Shown: positions 1 to 10,300, counted from the first letter of the stretch. The stretch is 64,000 nt of DNA from Candidatus Latescibacterota bacterium (GCA_965248755.1 OZ252149.1:4416001-4480000), one strand, 5' to 3'. The notes: generated by a model not told the origin, from the letters alone. A program made the numbers and translations.

Positions 1-152
1 ACTATGAGCAGATCGTGCAAGTCCTAAAAGGAGCGGGCTACGACGGCTTTCTGACGCTGGAGTACACCTACCAGGAGTGGAAGGGCTGCTATAAGACGGA
101 GAACATCTCTGAGACAATGCGTCTGACTGATCAGTTGAGGGAATTGATCTAA
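1..152 (+). CDS. C-terminal fragment of sugar phosphate isomerase/epimerase (xylose isomerase-like TIM barrel)
   Basis: Frame from nt 3 reads YEQIVQVLKGAGYDGFLTLEY...ELI* (TAA 150-152); 'GYDG.L.LE' is typical of this family's C-terminus. Confidence 0.7.
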   Translation, partial: YEQIVQVLKGAGYDGFLTLEYTYQEWKGCYKTENISETMRLTDQLRELI

Positions 153-156
153 AGCT

Positions 157-1701
157 ATGAGCAGGGCAAAGGTCTATCTAGTCGGCGGTGGTCCGGGTGA
201 CCCGGGTCTGATCACACTGAAGGGATTGGACTGCATTAAGCAGGCCGACGTTTTAGTATACGATTATTTAGTTGACGGGAGGCTCGTGGATGAGGCTGGA
301 GAAGATTGTGAGAGGGTGTACATGGGTAAGAAGGCGGGAGAGCATACTCTAAGGCAGGAGGAGATAAACGATCTCCTTGTGGAAAGAGCGAAAAGAGGCA
401 AAGTGGTGGTCAGGTTGAAGGGAGGCGATCCCTTTGTGTTCGGTCGAGGTGGAGAGGAGGCCTTAGCTCTGTCTGAGGCGGGAGTTGAGTTTGAAGTAGT
501 CCCCGGCGTGACTGCGGCTGTCGCTGCTCCCGCTTATGCGGGGATTCCCCTGACGCACAGGGGACTGACTTCGACGCTGGCTCTGATTACGGGACATGAA
601 GATCCCACAAAGGAAGGGTCGGATATAGATTGGAGCAGTATTTCGACGGGGATCGGAACTCTGGTCTTTTTTATGGGTGTGGGGAATCTTCCCGGCATAG
701 TCAAGAAATTGGTGGAGAACGGCAGATCCCAAGACACACCTGTGGCTCTGATCAGATGGGGGACCAAGCCCTGTCAGATGACGGTTGTGGGATCTTTGAG
801 GGATATTGTAGAGAAGGTCGAGTCGCACGATCTGAAGCCCCCAGCGGTTATTGTCGTAGGCGACGTTGTGAAGCTGAGAGAAAATCTGAACTGGTTTGAA
901 AACAAGCCTCTGTTTGGAATGAGGATACTGGTCACACGTTCGAGAGATCAGGCAAGCGAACTCTCCAGAAGACTCGAGGATTTCGGGGCCCTTGCCATGG
1001 AGTTTCCCACGATAAGCATAAAAGAACCTCATGATTGGAGGCCGCTGGATAACGCTATAAGGAAGATCGTATCTTTCGACTGGATCGTCTTTACCAGCGC
1101 AAATGGTGTGGACAAGTTCTTCCTTCGTTTCTTTCAGTTGGTAGGGGATATTCGAAAGTTGGGGGGGATCAAGATATGCGCTATAGGCCCAGCGTCAGCA
1201 GAGAGAATAGAGAGACGCTATATAAAGGTCGACCTTCTGCCCGAGTCTAATACCTCTGATTCTATAGTTTCGGCTTTTGGGAAAATGGGGAATATCTCCG
1301 GGCTGAAATTTCTGCTCCCGAGGGCAGATATAGCGGGGGATTTCCTCCCTGATCATTTGAGAAGAACGGGAGCCGAAGTGGTGAACGTCGCAGCTTACAG
1401 AAATGTAAGACCGGAAAGAGTGGACGATGGGATCTTGGCTTTGTTGAAAGAAGGCAAAGTGGATATGATGACGTTTGCGAGTTCGTCCACTGTTAAGAAT
1501 ATTGCAGATATTATTGGTAAAGAACGGTTTAAGGACATTATAAATGATGTGAAAGTGGCTTCTATCGGCCCTGTGACATCCAGAACTATACTGGAATTGG
1601 GAGGAAAGATCGATATCGAGGCGGATGAAAATAATATCACTATACCAGGCTTAGTTGACGCTATAGTCTCTTATTATTCACGATTACAAGCAGACACGTG
1701 A
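157..1701 (+). CDS. cobA: Uroporphyrinogen-III C-methyltransferase / uroporphyrinogen-III synthase fusion
   Basis: VYLVGGGPGDPGLIT, RLKGGDPFVFGRGGEE; C-terminal HemD domain (ILVTR, FTSANGV, FASSSTV). Confidence 0.95.
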   Translation: MSRAKVYLVGGGPGDPGLITLKGLDCIKQADVLVYDYLVDGRLVDEAGEDCERVYMGKKAGEHTLRQEEINDLLVERAKRGKVVVRLKGGDPFVFGRGGEEALALSEAGVEFEVVPGVTAAVAAPAYAGIPLTHRGLTSTLALITGHEDPTKEGSDIDWSSISTGIGTLVFFMGVGNLPGIVKKLVENGRSQDTPVALIRWGTKPCQMTVVGSLRDIVEKVESHDLKPPAVIVVGDVVKLRENLNWFENKPLFGMRILVTRSRDQASELSRRLEDFGALAMEFPTISIKEPHDWRPLDNAIRKIVSFDWIVFTSANGVDKFFLRFFQLVGDIRKLGGIKICAIGPASAERIERRYIKVDLLPESNTSDSIVSAFGKMGNISGLKFLLPRADIAGDFLPDHLRRTGAEVVNVAAYRNVRPERVDDGILALLKEGKVDMMTFASSSTVKNIADIIGKERFKDIINDVKVASIGPVTSRTILELGGKIDIEADENNITIPGLVDAIVSYYSRLQADT

Positions 1702-1732
1702 GATTGCTTCAGGGCTTCACTCCTTGCAATGA
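1698..1732. repeat. Palindromic repeat family copy (GAGATTGCTTC...CTTGCAATGA) overlapping the cobA stop codon
   Basis: Matches the reverse complement of GTCATTGCGAG...GAAGCAATCTC seen at 14744, 17340 and 22235. Confidence 0.65.
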
Positions 1733-1877
1733 ACTAAGGCCCTGAGTAAGCAGTCCGATTGTTAGGTGGTGTAGCAGCGTTGCTGGGGGGCAAAAGTCAC
1801 GACGTAAGCCAAGCAGTCTCGCGCTCGCGCACAGGGGACTTCATCTCCTACGTGCTGTCTACTGGGAGGTAATATAG

Positions 1878-3110
1878 ATGCCGGAGCTTTTCAACGTGCT
1901 TGCGCCGGTTGCGGCGTATGAAACATTTCAAAAAGAGTTGTCGCCTTTAGTACAGGCGGAGACGATAGCAACTGAGGACGCTTTAGATAGGGTGACTGCT
2001 CAGGAGATTCGTTCTCCCATAGATCTTCCCGAATTCCCGCGTTCTACGATGGACGGGTACGCCCTCAGGGCTCAGGATACTTACGGGGCATCTGAGGGGC
2101 TGCCGGCCTATCTTAATGTGATAGCGGAGATTGAGATGGGAAATGCTCCTGACGTTAATATCTCGATAGGAGAGGGGGTGAAGATCCATACGGGCGGAAT
2201 GATAGCTGACGGAGCGGACGCCGTTGTGATGGTGGAGAATACGCAAGAGGTTGACGACGCAACGATAGAGGTAATGTGCCCTGTAGCTATGGGAGAGAAC
2301 GTGATCCAGATAGGGGAGGACGTCAAAAGGGACGAAGTTCTGCTTTCCAAGGGGTATATATTAAGACCGCAGGATATCGGTGGCTTGATGGCTGTGGGGG
2401 TCACAAAAGTCGCTGTGGCAAAAAGACCGCGTGTGGCCATAATATCCACAGGCGACGAAGTGGTACCGCCACAGGTCAAGCCCCAGATGGGGCAGATAAG
2501 GGATATAAACTCTTACACTGCTTCGACGCTGGTTACAAGGGCGGGAGGTATCCCCGTTTTGATAGGGATAGTGCCCGATAACTATAAGGCTTTGAAGGAC
2601 GCACTCTCTAGAGCTCTCAATGAGGCAGATATGGCTGTGATCTCAGCGGGAAGTTCGGTCAGCGCCAGGGACATAACGGCTGACGTGATAAACGATGTGG
2701 GAGATCCAGGCGTGATAGTTCACGGCGTGTCAATAAAGCCGGGTAAGCCGACAATATTAGCTCTGATCGGCGATAAACCCGTGTTCGGACTTCCGGGCAA
2801 CCCGGTGTCGGCTATGGTGATATTTGACCTTTTTATAACTCCTACTATCTATCGGTTAAGCGGTTGTGAAAATCCTCCGTCAAGGCAGGTTATAAGAGGC
2901 AAGGTCACCAGAAACATCGCCTCTACCGCGGGCAGGGAGGACTATGTTCAGGTCAGGATAGAGGAGAAAGACGGAGAGGTGTGGGTCGATCCTGTCTTCG
3001 GGAAGTCGAATCTTATTTACACGCTGATCAAGGCCGACGGCACGATGAAGGTGCCTTTAGAAAGCGGTGGATTATCTGAGGGCGCGATCGTGGATGTGAA
3101 GCTATTTTAG
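1878..3110 (+). CDS. moeA: Molybdopterin molybdotransferase MoeA (gephyrin-like)
   Basis: RSTMDGYA, STGDE, IKPGKP, LPGNPVS motifs; GGGAGG RBS. Confidence 0.95.
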   Translation: MPELFNVLAPVAAYETFQKELSPLVQAETIATEDALDRVTAQEIRSPIDLPEFPRSTMDGYALRAQDTYGASEGLPAYLNVIAEIEMGNAPDVNISIGEGVKIHTGGMIADGADAVVMVENTQEVDDATIEVMCPVAMGENVIQIGEDVKRDEVLLSKGYILRPQDIGGLMAVGVTKVAVAKRPRVAIISTGDEVVPPQVKPQMGQIRDINSYTASTLVTRAGGIPVLIGIVPDNYKALKDALSRALNEADMAVISAGSSVSARDITADVINDVGDPGVIVHGVSIKPGKPTILALIGDKPVFGLPGNPVSAMVIFDLFITPTIYRLSGCENPPSRQVIRGKVTRNIASTAGREDYVQVRIEEKDGEVWVDPVFGKSNLIYTLIKADGTMKVPLESGGLSEGAIVDVKLF

Positions 3111-3177
3111 ATTAGAGGATATTCTCCGACGTTCCAAGTAATGAGAAAGACACGAAGCAAAGGAGGTTCGAAGGACT

Positions 3178-4152
3178 GTGGAAGATCATAACAACAGAGA
3201 ATCTGCAGCATTTTCGGTGAACATATCAAGGAGGAAGTTTCTCAAGGGAAGCATCGCTACTACAGCGGCTGTCTCTGTGGGAAGTTTCATGCCCGACAGA
3301 GCCGCGGCACAACTACCAATGGAGATCAACCAAGGAGGTTCTATGCCTATCATTGATGCTCACGTCCACGTCCTCAATAACTATGTGGCTATGGCTCCTC
3401 TTGAGGATATTGGGCGGCATGACCGACTCCTCTGGCATATGGATGAATGCGGGGTAGAAAAAGCGGTTATGCTGCCGGTGTTGGCGGACTTCTCGCCGAA
3501 GAACAATGAGGAATGTGCACAGCTTGCCAGAGAATACCCTGACCGTCTGGTCACCCTGACCTATGTCCATCTCGGCGAGCCAAACGCTGCGGAACAGATT
3601 GCGCGGGCGCGGGGGGAATTCGGGGCTGTGGGAATCATCTGCTATCCGTCGCCCAGGGATATCAAATGTATGACAGATCCAGCTTGTGAGCCGGTCTGGG
3701 AGGCCTTTAGTGCCAATGATCTGGTCTGCAACTTGCAGATCGCGCCGCCAAATTACGCCATTTTACTGGATCTGGCGCGAACTCATACAGATATCCGATT
3801 TGTGTGCAATCATATGGGCCTACCGCACAGTTTGAAGCTGGACGATGATAGCTACGGGGGTCTAATGGAAGCGGCGTCATTGCCCAATCTATTTGTCAAA
3901 GCATCGGCGTTCTACTCTCCAGCGGCGAGGTCCTGGGATTTCCGGTGTCCGCGGTCGCTGGGCTTTTTTTCGAATCTTCTGAAAGGATTGGGAGCAGATC
4001 GATTGCTCTGGGGATCGGACTGGCCGTCGGCAGGCAACCACGTTACCTACAGGCAGACCCTGGAGACTGTACGCACCTTTGCCGTAGACCTGGACGATGA
4101 AAGTCGTGCACTGGTTTTGGGCGGGAATGCCGCCAGGGTTTTCAAGATCTGA
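3178..4152 (+). CDS. Amidohydrolase_2 family protein with Tat signal peptide; alternative internal start ATG 3343
   Basis: SRRKFLKG twin-arginine motif; IIDAHVH, NHMG, WGSDWP; AAGGAGG RBS before both 3178 and 3343. Confidence 0.85.
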   Translation: MEDHNNRESAAFSVNISRRKFLKGSIATTAAVSVGSFMPDRAAAQLPMEINQGGSMPIIDAHVHVLNNYVAMAPLEDIGRHDRLLWHMDECGVEKAVMLPVLADFSPKNNEECAQLAREYPDRLVTLTYVHLGEPNAAEQIARARGEFGAVGIICYPSPRDIKCMTDPACEPVWEAFSANDLVCNLQIAPPNYAILLDLARTHTDIRFVCNHMGLPHSLKLDDDSYGGLMEAASLPNLFVKASAFYSPAARSWDFRCPRSLGFFSNLLKGLGADRLLWGSDWPSAGNHVTYRQTLETVRTFAVDLDDESRALVLGGNAARVFKI

Positions 4153-4460
4153 GGATCTTGCTGTAGCAAAGCCGAGACCGCTGTATCTAGATATAATCAG
4201 ATTATGGGTCCTCAATTTCAATTAGAGACTTCTAACGCCAAGTTTGTCAAGACTCTGATTGCTACTTATAGATCGCCAGTGAAGGAGGTTCGAAGGACTG
4301 TGGACGATCATAAGGGCAAAGATCTGCGCCATTCCCGGTGAAGATATCGAGACGGAAGTTTTGAAGGGAAGTATCGCTACTACAGCAGCTGCCTCTATCG
4401 AAAGTTCCATCTCCGATGGAGCCTCAGCACCACACAAATGGTTATTAACCAAGGAAATGT

Positions 4461-5270
4461 ATGCCTATCATTGATGCTCACGTCCACGTCCTCGACAACT
4501 ATGTGTCAATGGCTCCGTTTGAGGATAACGGCCGGTATGACCGACTCCTCTGGCTAATGGATGAGTGTGGGGTAGAAAAAGCGGTTATGTTGCCGGTGGT
4601 GGCTGACTTCTCACCGAAGAACAACGAGGAATGTGCACAGCTTTCCAGAGAATATCCAGACCGCCTAGCTGCCTTGACCGATGTCCAGCTCAACCAGCCA
4701 AACGCAGCGGAGCAGATTACTCGCGCCCGGGAAGAATTCGAGGCAGTGGGCATCAGCTACTATCCGCCGTCCAGCGATCTCAAATGGATGACAGAGGCGG
4801 CGTATGGCCCGGTCTGGGAGGCGTTTCGTGCCAATGATCTGGTCTGCAACTTGCATGCCTCACCGTCCCATTACGCCGTTCTACTTGAGCTGGCACGGAC
4901 TCATACAGATATCCGGTTTGTGTTCAATCATCTGGGCCATCCGGGCAGTCTGAAGCTGGACGATACCAGTTACGGGGGACTGCTGGGGTCGTCGTCATTG
5001 CCCAATCTGTTTGTCAAGGCATCGGCGTTGTACGCTGCAGCGGCGACACCCTGGGATTTCCGGTGTCCGCGGGCGCTGGGCTTTTTTTCGAGACTTCTGA
5101 AAGGACTGGGGGCAGACCGACTGCTCTGGGGATCGAACTGGCCACCAGCAGGATATCACCTTACCTACAGGCAGACCCTGGAGACTGTCCGCACCTTTGC
5201 TGTAGACCTGAACGATGAAAGTCGTGAACTGGTTTTGGGTGGGAATGCTGCCAGGGTTTACAAGATCTGA
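4461..5270 (+). CDS. Amidohydrolase_2 family protein, tandem paralog of 3178..4152
   Basis: IIDAHVH, NHLG, WGSNWP; long near-identical DNA stretches with the preceding gene. Confidence 0.88.
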   Translation: MPIIDAHVHVLDNYVSMAPFEDNGRYDRLLWLMDECGVEKAVMLPVVADFSPKNNEECAQLSREYPDRLAALTDVQLNQPNAAEQITRAREEFEAVGISYYPPSSDLKWMTEAAYGPVWEAFRANDLVCNLHASPSHYAVLLELARTHTDIRFVFNHLGHPGSLKLDDTSYGGLLGSSSLPNLFVKASALYAAAATPWDFRCPRALGFFSRLLKGLGADRLLWGSNWPPAGYHLTYRQTLETVRTFAVDLNDESRELVLGGNAARVYKI

Positions 5271-5518
5271 GGGATTGTTGCAGGAGAGCCGAGCCTGCCG
5301 TATCTCTATATAAGTCTACTAGTGATTCTCAGCTTCAAGCATGAGACATCCAACGACAAAAGGTGGAAATCCAAATCGGGTATGTGACCCCCCAATACCC
5401 GGTATGTGTGGGAATAACGGATTCCTTCAAAGCAGAAATAGATACAAGGGAATCAGTTTGAGTTGGAACAGTACCCCATAAATTGTTTTTATACAAGAAA
5501 GCCGATTAGAGGCAAAAG

Positions 5519-7459
5519 ATGCACGAGCATAGATACAGAAAGGTTTATTTAAAGGAAACGTCTTTAGATAAGGGACTGGAGACGTTCTTAAGCGCTTTGA
5601 AGAAGGTTGGGGCACTTGAACCCCTTGAGGGCGAAACTGTTGCCGTGGCGGTTTCTCTGGGGAGGGTTACGTCCCGTCCTGTGTGGGCGAAGATCTCTTC
5701 GCCTCATTACCACGGATCGGCAATGGACGGTGCAGCGGTGAAGGCAGTGGAAACTGTGGGGGCGTCTGAGGTGTCGCCTGTAAGGTTGAAGATGGACAAG
5801 CAGGTTCGATGGGTAGATACGGGAGATCCTATACCTGCAGGGTTTAATGCAGTTATTATGATCGAAAACATCCATGAGATAGATAAAGAGACGATCGAAA
5901 TTATGACACCTGTGGCTCCATGGAATCACGTGAGGCTCTTGGGCGAGGACATTGTGGCGACGGAGCTTATACTACCCGAAAACCACAGGATCCGCCCTGT
6001 GGACATGGGGGCGATAGCCGCATGTGGTCTCTCGGAGGTCGAGGTTAGGAGGAAGCCCCGCGTGGGGATCATGCCCACGGGATCTGAGCTTGTGAACCCC
6101 CGCGAATCACTAAAGGTCGGAGAAATAATAGAATTTAATTCTCTTGTGCTTGCGGGGTTTGTGGAGGAATGGGGAGGGACCCCAAAGCAGCTAGGTATCG
6201 TAAAGGACGAGTACAATCTTATTAAGGAAAACGTGGAGAAGGCCTTGGAGGAGAACGACATAGTCGTGATAAATGCAGGGTCGTCCGCGGGAGCTGAGGA
6301 TTACACTGCCCCTGTTATAGATGAGTTAGGGGAGGTTCTGGTTCACGGGATTTCTATAAGGCCGGGTCACCCTGTGGTATTGGGAATTGCGAAGGACAAG
6401 CCTGTCGTAGGGATTCCGGGTTATCCGGTGTCGGCTATTCTGACGTTCGATCTATTAGTGAAGCCTGTGATATATAGGATGTTGGGGAACGCCCCTCCCA
6501 CAAGGAGTAAGATGAAGGCTTTTATGACGAGGAAAGTGCTTTCTCCGATGGGCGAGGACGAGTTCTTAAGGGTCAAGGTGGGGGTGGTGGGAGACAGGGC
6601 TGTGGCTACGCCTCTTCAAAGGGGAGCAGGGATAATTATGTCTTTAGTGAGGGCTGACGGTCTGGTCAAGATTCCGCAGTTCTCTGAGGGTATCCAATCG
6701 GGATCCGAGGTCGAGGTTGAGCTTCTAAGAGAACAGGAGGAAGTCGAAAATACTATCGTTGCCATAGGCAGCCACGATCTGACTTTGGATCTATTGGCCA
6801 GCTTCTTAAGCAAAAAGTATCCGGATCTGAGTCTCGCTTCATCCAATGTCGGCAGCTTCGGGGGACTGACTGCTTTGCATAGAGATGAAGCACACTTTGC
6901 AGGGTCACACCTTTTAAATGAAAAGACGGGGGAGTATAACGTTTCATACGTAATGAAGTTATTGAAAGGCAAAGAGATAGTGCTTCTCAATTTAGTCTAT
7001 CGGGATCAGGGATTGATAGTCCCAGTGGGGAATCCGAAGAATATAGTAGGTCTGGAGGATCTTTTGAGGGATGAGGTCAATTTTGTGAATCGTCAAAGAG
7101 GCTCTGGAACGAGGGTCCTTTTAGACTATAAATTAAAGGAGATGGGCGTAGATCCTTCCAAGATAAACGGATACGAGCGCGAGGAGTTTACACATCTTGC
7201 CGTAGCTGCGGATGTGAAAAGTGGGACTGCGGATACAGGCTTAGGTATACTTGCGGCTGCCAGGGCATTGGCTTTAGACTTCGTGCCGCTGTTGAAGGAA
7301 AGATACGATCTTGTGATACCGAAGGAGTATTACGAAAGCGATATACTTCAACCGCTTTTGAATATTCTACGAGGGAATGAATTTAAGGAAACGGTGGAGT
7401 CTCTGGGCGGATACGATGTATCGCAAATGGGACAGGTAATAGATGAGATAAATGTATAG
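5519..7459 (+). CDS. moeA: MoeA fused to C-terminal PBP-like (LysR substrate-binding-type) domain
   Basis: SAMDG, PTGSE, IRPGHP, IPGYPVS; C-terminal GSHD, NVGSFGG, NRQRGSGTR, ERYDL. Confidence 0.92.
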   Translation: MHEHRYRKVYLKETSLDKGLETFLSALKKVGALEPLEGETVAVAVSLGRVTSRPVWAKISSPHYHGSAMDGAAVKAVETVGASEVSPVRLKMDKQVRWVDTGDPIPAGFNAVIMIENIHEIDKETIEIMTPVAPWNHVRLLGEDIVATELILPENHRIRPVDMGAIAACGLSEVEVRRKPRVGIMPTGSELVNPRESLKVGEIIEFNSLVLAGFVEEWGGTPKQLGIVKDEYNLIKENVEKALEENDIVVINAGSSAGAEDYTAPVIDELGEVLVHGISIRPGHPVVLGIAKDKPVVGIPGYPVSAILTFDLLVKPVIYRMLGNAPPTRSKMKAFMTRKVLSPMGEDEFLRVKVGVVGDRAVATPLQRGAGIIMSLVRADGLVKIPQFSEGIQSGSEVEVELLREQEEVENTIVAIGSHDLTLDLLASFLSKKYPDLSLASSNVGSFGGLTALHRDEAHFAGSHLLNEKTGEYNVSYVMKLLKGKEIVLLNLVYRDQGLIVPVGNPKNIVGLEDLLRDEVNFVNRQRGSGTRVLLDYKLKEMGVDPSKINGYEREEFTHLAVAADVKSGTADTGLGILAAARALALDFVPLLKERYDLVIPKEYYESDILQPLLNILRGNEFKETVESLGGYDVSQMGQVIDEINV

Positions 7460-7461
7460 GG

Positions 7462-7497
7462 TTTAAGAGCAGCTTTACGCGCAGCTTTAAGGGCAGC
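7462..7497. repeat. 3 x 12-bp imperfect tandem repeat TTTA(A/C)G(A/C/G)GCAGC
   Basis: TTTAAGAGCAGC TTTACGCGCAGC TTTAAGGGCAGC read directly. Confidence 0.8.
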
Positions 7498-7672
7498 TGA
7501 AAAGCGCTTCAGAGGAAGTTCGCCTCTCAAAAATGGAAATAGAGGCTATATTTTTATTGTGTGAAAAGCAGATCGTCCTTATATTAAGCATTGTTCTTAA
7601 GTTCAGTTAAGCAGCGGCATCTGTATTGAGCAACTTACAGCTTGTTGCTGCTGACGTACAGAGGATTTTCAT

Positions 7673-8544
7673 GTGAAAGCGTTTGAGTACTTCAGACCGA
7701 ATACCATAGAAGAGGCAATAGAGATTCTGAGCCAATGGGGAGAAGTGGCGGTGGCGTTTGCGGGCGGAACAGATCTCCTCGTCCGGATGAAGGATAGACA
7801 CTTAACGCCCAAGTGTCTGGTAGATATCAAGGGGATTCCAGGATTAGATGTTATCAAATACGATGAACATGAAGGACTTACCTTGGGATCTATGGTATCT
7901 TTCAGGGATATAGAGAAGTCTGAGGTGATCAGGAGGAACTACCCAATATTGGTTCAGGGCGCCGAGATTGTGGGGTCTTTTCAGATAAGGAACAGAGGGA
8001 GCATAGGTGGGAATCTGTGCAACGCCGCTCCGTCTGCGGACATCGTTCCTCCCTTGATAGTGCTCGGGGCTGTGGCCATATAGCGGGACCGGAAGGTGAA
8101 AAATCAATGCTTGTAGAGGAGTTCTTCCTGGGACCGGGGAAGACTGCGCTTGCAAACAACGAGATGCTTTTGAGACTGACTGTGCCTCCTTCCGTAAAAA
8201 GAGGCGGCGCCTACATGAGACATACGACACGGGAGGCCATGGACATAGCTGTCGTGGGCGTCGGAGCAATAGTCCAACTTGGAGAGAATAACGGCCTCTG
8301 CGAAGACAGTAAGATATGTCTGGGCGCTGTGGCTCCTGTTCCGATAAGGGCCCACAATGCAGAGGGGATACTCAAGGGAAAAGAAATTACGGATGAGTTA
8401 GTAGAAGAGGCGGCTTAGGCGGCGTCGGACGAATCGAAGCCCATAACTGATGTGAGGGGGACAGCCCAGTTCAGAAGGGAATTGGTCAGGGCGTTGACAA
8501 GCAGAATGATCAAGAAGGCGATTGAGGACGCAAAATCGAGGTAG
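7673..8544 (+). pseudogene. Xanthine dehydrogenase/CO dehydrogenase medium (FAD-binding, CoxM-like) subunit, disrupted
   Basis: AGGTDL and QIRNRGSIGGNLCNAAPSAD in the first ORF; 1-nt frameshift near 8077; in-frame TAG 8416-8418, then AASDESKPITDVRGTAQFRRELV...* to 8544. Confidence 0.85.
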
Positions 8545-8546
8545 AT

Positions 8547-9041
8547 TTGAGGGAAACTGTGAAGCTTCATGTAAGCATGGTCGTAAATAGCGAAGATTAT
8601 GAGGTCGAAGTGGAGCCCAGAAAGGTGCTGCTTACGGTTATGAGGGACTCCTTGGAGCTGATAGGGACCAAGGAGGGGTGCGGAACAGGAGACTGCGGGG
8701 CGTGCACGGTCATTATGAACGGCCAGACGGTCAATTCGTGTCTTGTGTTAGGAGTTGAGGCTGACGGAGCAAATATTGTGACCATAGAGGGAATTGATAC
8801 GAGCGAAGGACTGAGTCCAGTGCAAGAGGCGATAGTGAAGTTCGGAGGGATTCAGTGCGGGTTCTGCACACCGGGGATAATTGTGTCGGCCAAGGCTCTT
8901 TTGGATGAAAATCGCGATCCGAACGAGGAAGAGATCAGGAAAGGAATCGCCGGGAATCTATGCAGGTGCACGGGGTACAGTAAGATCGTCGAAGCGATTC
9001 AGGATGCCGCAAGACTTAGACGTGAGACGATAAAGAATTAG
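8547..9041 (+). CDS. 2Fe-2S small subunit of xanthine/CO dehydrogenase family (CoxS-like)
   Basis: GCGTGDCGACT, QCGFCTPG, GNLCRCTGY. Confidence 0.93.
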   Translation: MRETVKLHVSMVVNSEDYEVEVEPRKVLLTVMRDSLELIGTKEGCGTGDCGACTVIMNGQTVNSCLVLGVEADGANIVTIEGIDTSEGLSPVQEAIVKFGGIQCGFCTPGIIVSAKALLDENRDPNEEEIRKGIAGNLCRCTGYSKIVEAIQDAARLRRETIKN

Positions 9042-9172
9042 CGCTATTTTCATTTTGCGCAAATGTTGAAGCCGATCGCTTTTGTCTTCTCTTAACTACT
9101 TCAGCTATCTGTCACGCGGATAACGGTATAGCTCTTGTAAGGTCAAACCAACGAAGAGGGAGGAGTGCAACA

Positions 9173-9964
9173 ATGAATCGTATCATCGTAATGGCCCTTA
9201 TATGCCTGTGCTGTACGGGAAGTAAGATAGATGCTCGGATTATTGACTTGAAACAGTCTCTTAATCTTGCAAAAGGCGGCACAATCTCCGCAGAAACTGT
9301 GGCAAACTGGGTAAAGGAAACTACAAGTGCAGATACGCTGCTGTGCAACTCCCTAGTGGTGAGAGGAGATATTGATTTCAGGAGTAATGGGATCGATACC
9401 GTATGGTGCATGCTTTACTTTAAGGAAACGACATTTCGAGGAAAGTCCTACTTCACAAGGACGATGTTTCAAGGAGGAGCCGACTTTACAGGAGCGACGT
9501 TTCAGGAAAAGGCCGACTTTGTAGAAGCGATCTTTCAAGGAGAAGCCGGTTTCGCAAAAGCGACGTTTCAACGTGATGCTGATCTCAGGGAAGCGATGTT
9601 TCAACGAGATTCCTACTTCACAGAAGCAACGTTTCAGCGAGAAACTATCTTCTGGGGAGTAACGTTTCAAGGGGAAGCTAACTTCACAGAAGCGACGTTT
9701 CAAGAAGCAGCCGATTTCACAGAAGCGACGTTTCAAGAAGCAGCCGATTTCACAGAAGCGACGTTTCAAAGAGGGACGGATTTCACAAAAGCAACGTTTC
9801 AACGAGAGACCGAATTCGCGGAAGCGATGTTTCAACGAGATGCCCACTTCGCAGAAGCGATGTTTCAACGAGAGACGAACTTCAGGGGTGTGACGTTTCA
9901 AGGAAAGGCCGACTTCAGGGGTGTGACGTCTCAAGGACAGGCCGACTTCAGAGATGCATTTTAG
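9173..9964 (+). CDS. Secreted pentapeptide-repeat-like protein with 11-aa repeats (A-x-F-x-x-A-T-F-Q)
   Basis: N-terminal hydrophobic signal; ~16 repeats like ADFTEATFQEA; GAGGAG RBS. Confidence 0.8.
   Translation: MNRIIVMALICLCCTGSKIDARIIDLKQSLNLAKGGTISAETVANWVKETTSADTLLCNSLVVRGDIDFRSNGIDTVWCMLYFKETTFRGKSYFTRTMFQGGADFTGATFQEKADFVEAIFQGEAGFAKATFQRDADLREAMFQRDSYFTEATFQRETIFWGVTFQGEANFTEATFQEAADFTEATFQEAADFTEATFQRGTDFTKATFQRETEFAEAMFQRDAHFAEAMFQRETNFRGVTFQGKADFRGVTSQGQADFRDAF
9420..9955 (+). repeat. 33-bp period coding tandem repeat
   Basis: Recurrent GCGACGTTTCAA/GCGATGTTTCAA every 33 nt; near-exact duplication around 9684-9768. Confidence 0.9.
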
Positions 9965-10069
9965 TCAAAAGCGAGAGAAGTGACAACTCACTTCCTGAAC
10001 TCCTTCAAATTCCGTGATGCAACGGCCTTCGCTGATAAAATTTCCTTGATGGTATGCTTCAGCTCTTAG

Positions 10070-10300
10070 GGGCATTGTGTGAAAACTGCGTCGTTCCGTC
10101 TAACTTGTTGATGAGTGGACGTATGTTCTTGGGAAAGCGGCGATAGAGAGCATACATGAGTTTCCTTCGGGTTTGACATCTTGCAACAACCTAAGTGAGT
10201 CACTGTCTCCGGAAACAGAACCCTGCTGAAAGGTGAAAAGTCAGAACGGAAACCTGTCATCGTGAGCGATTACGAGTAAGCGCGGTTCTGTGGCTGAAAA
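10070..10300. ncRNA. Candidate structured non-coding RNA or element (unassigned)
   Basis: Stems GTATGTTCT/AGAGCATAC (10121/10147), CC-TTCG-GG (10164), ACAGAACC/GGTTCTGT (10215/10284) in a region without a convincing ORF. Confidence 0.3.

Noticed and set aside
1735..1875. Moco/Tuco riboswitch upstream of moeA
   Set aside because: Only a weak hairpin around the RBS; conserved motif order not recognisable
9353..9934. 193-aa minus-strand Cys/Arg-rich repeat ORF
   Set aside because: Antisense shadow of the repeat protein, which has the RBS and signal peptide
9420..9955. CRISPR array suggested by 33-bp periodicity
   Set aside because: Repeats are contiguous, in-frame coding units without unique spacers; no cas genes
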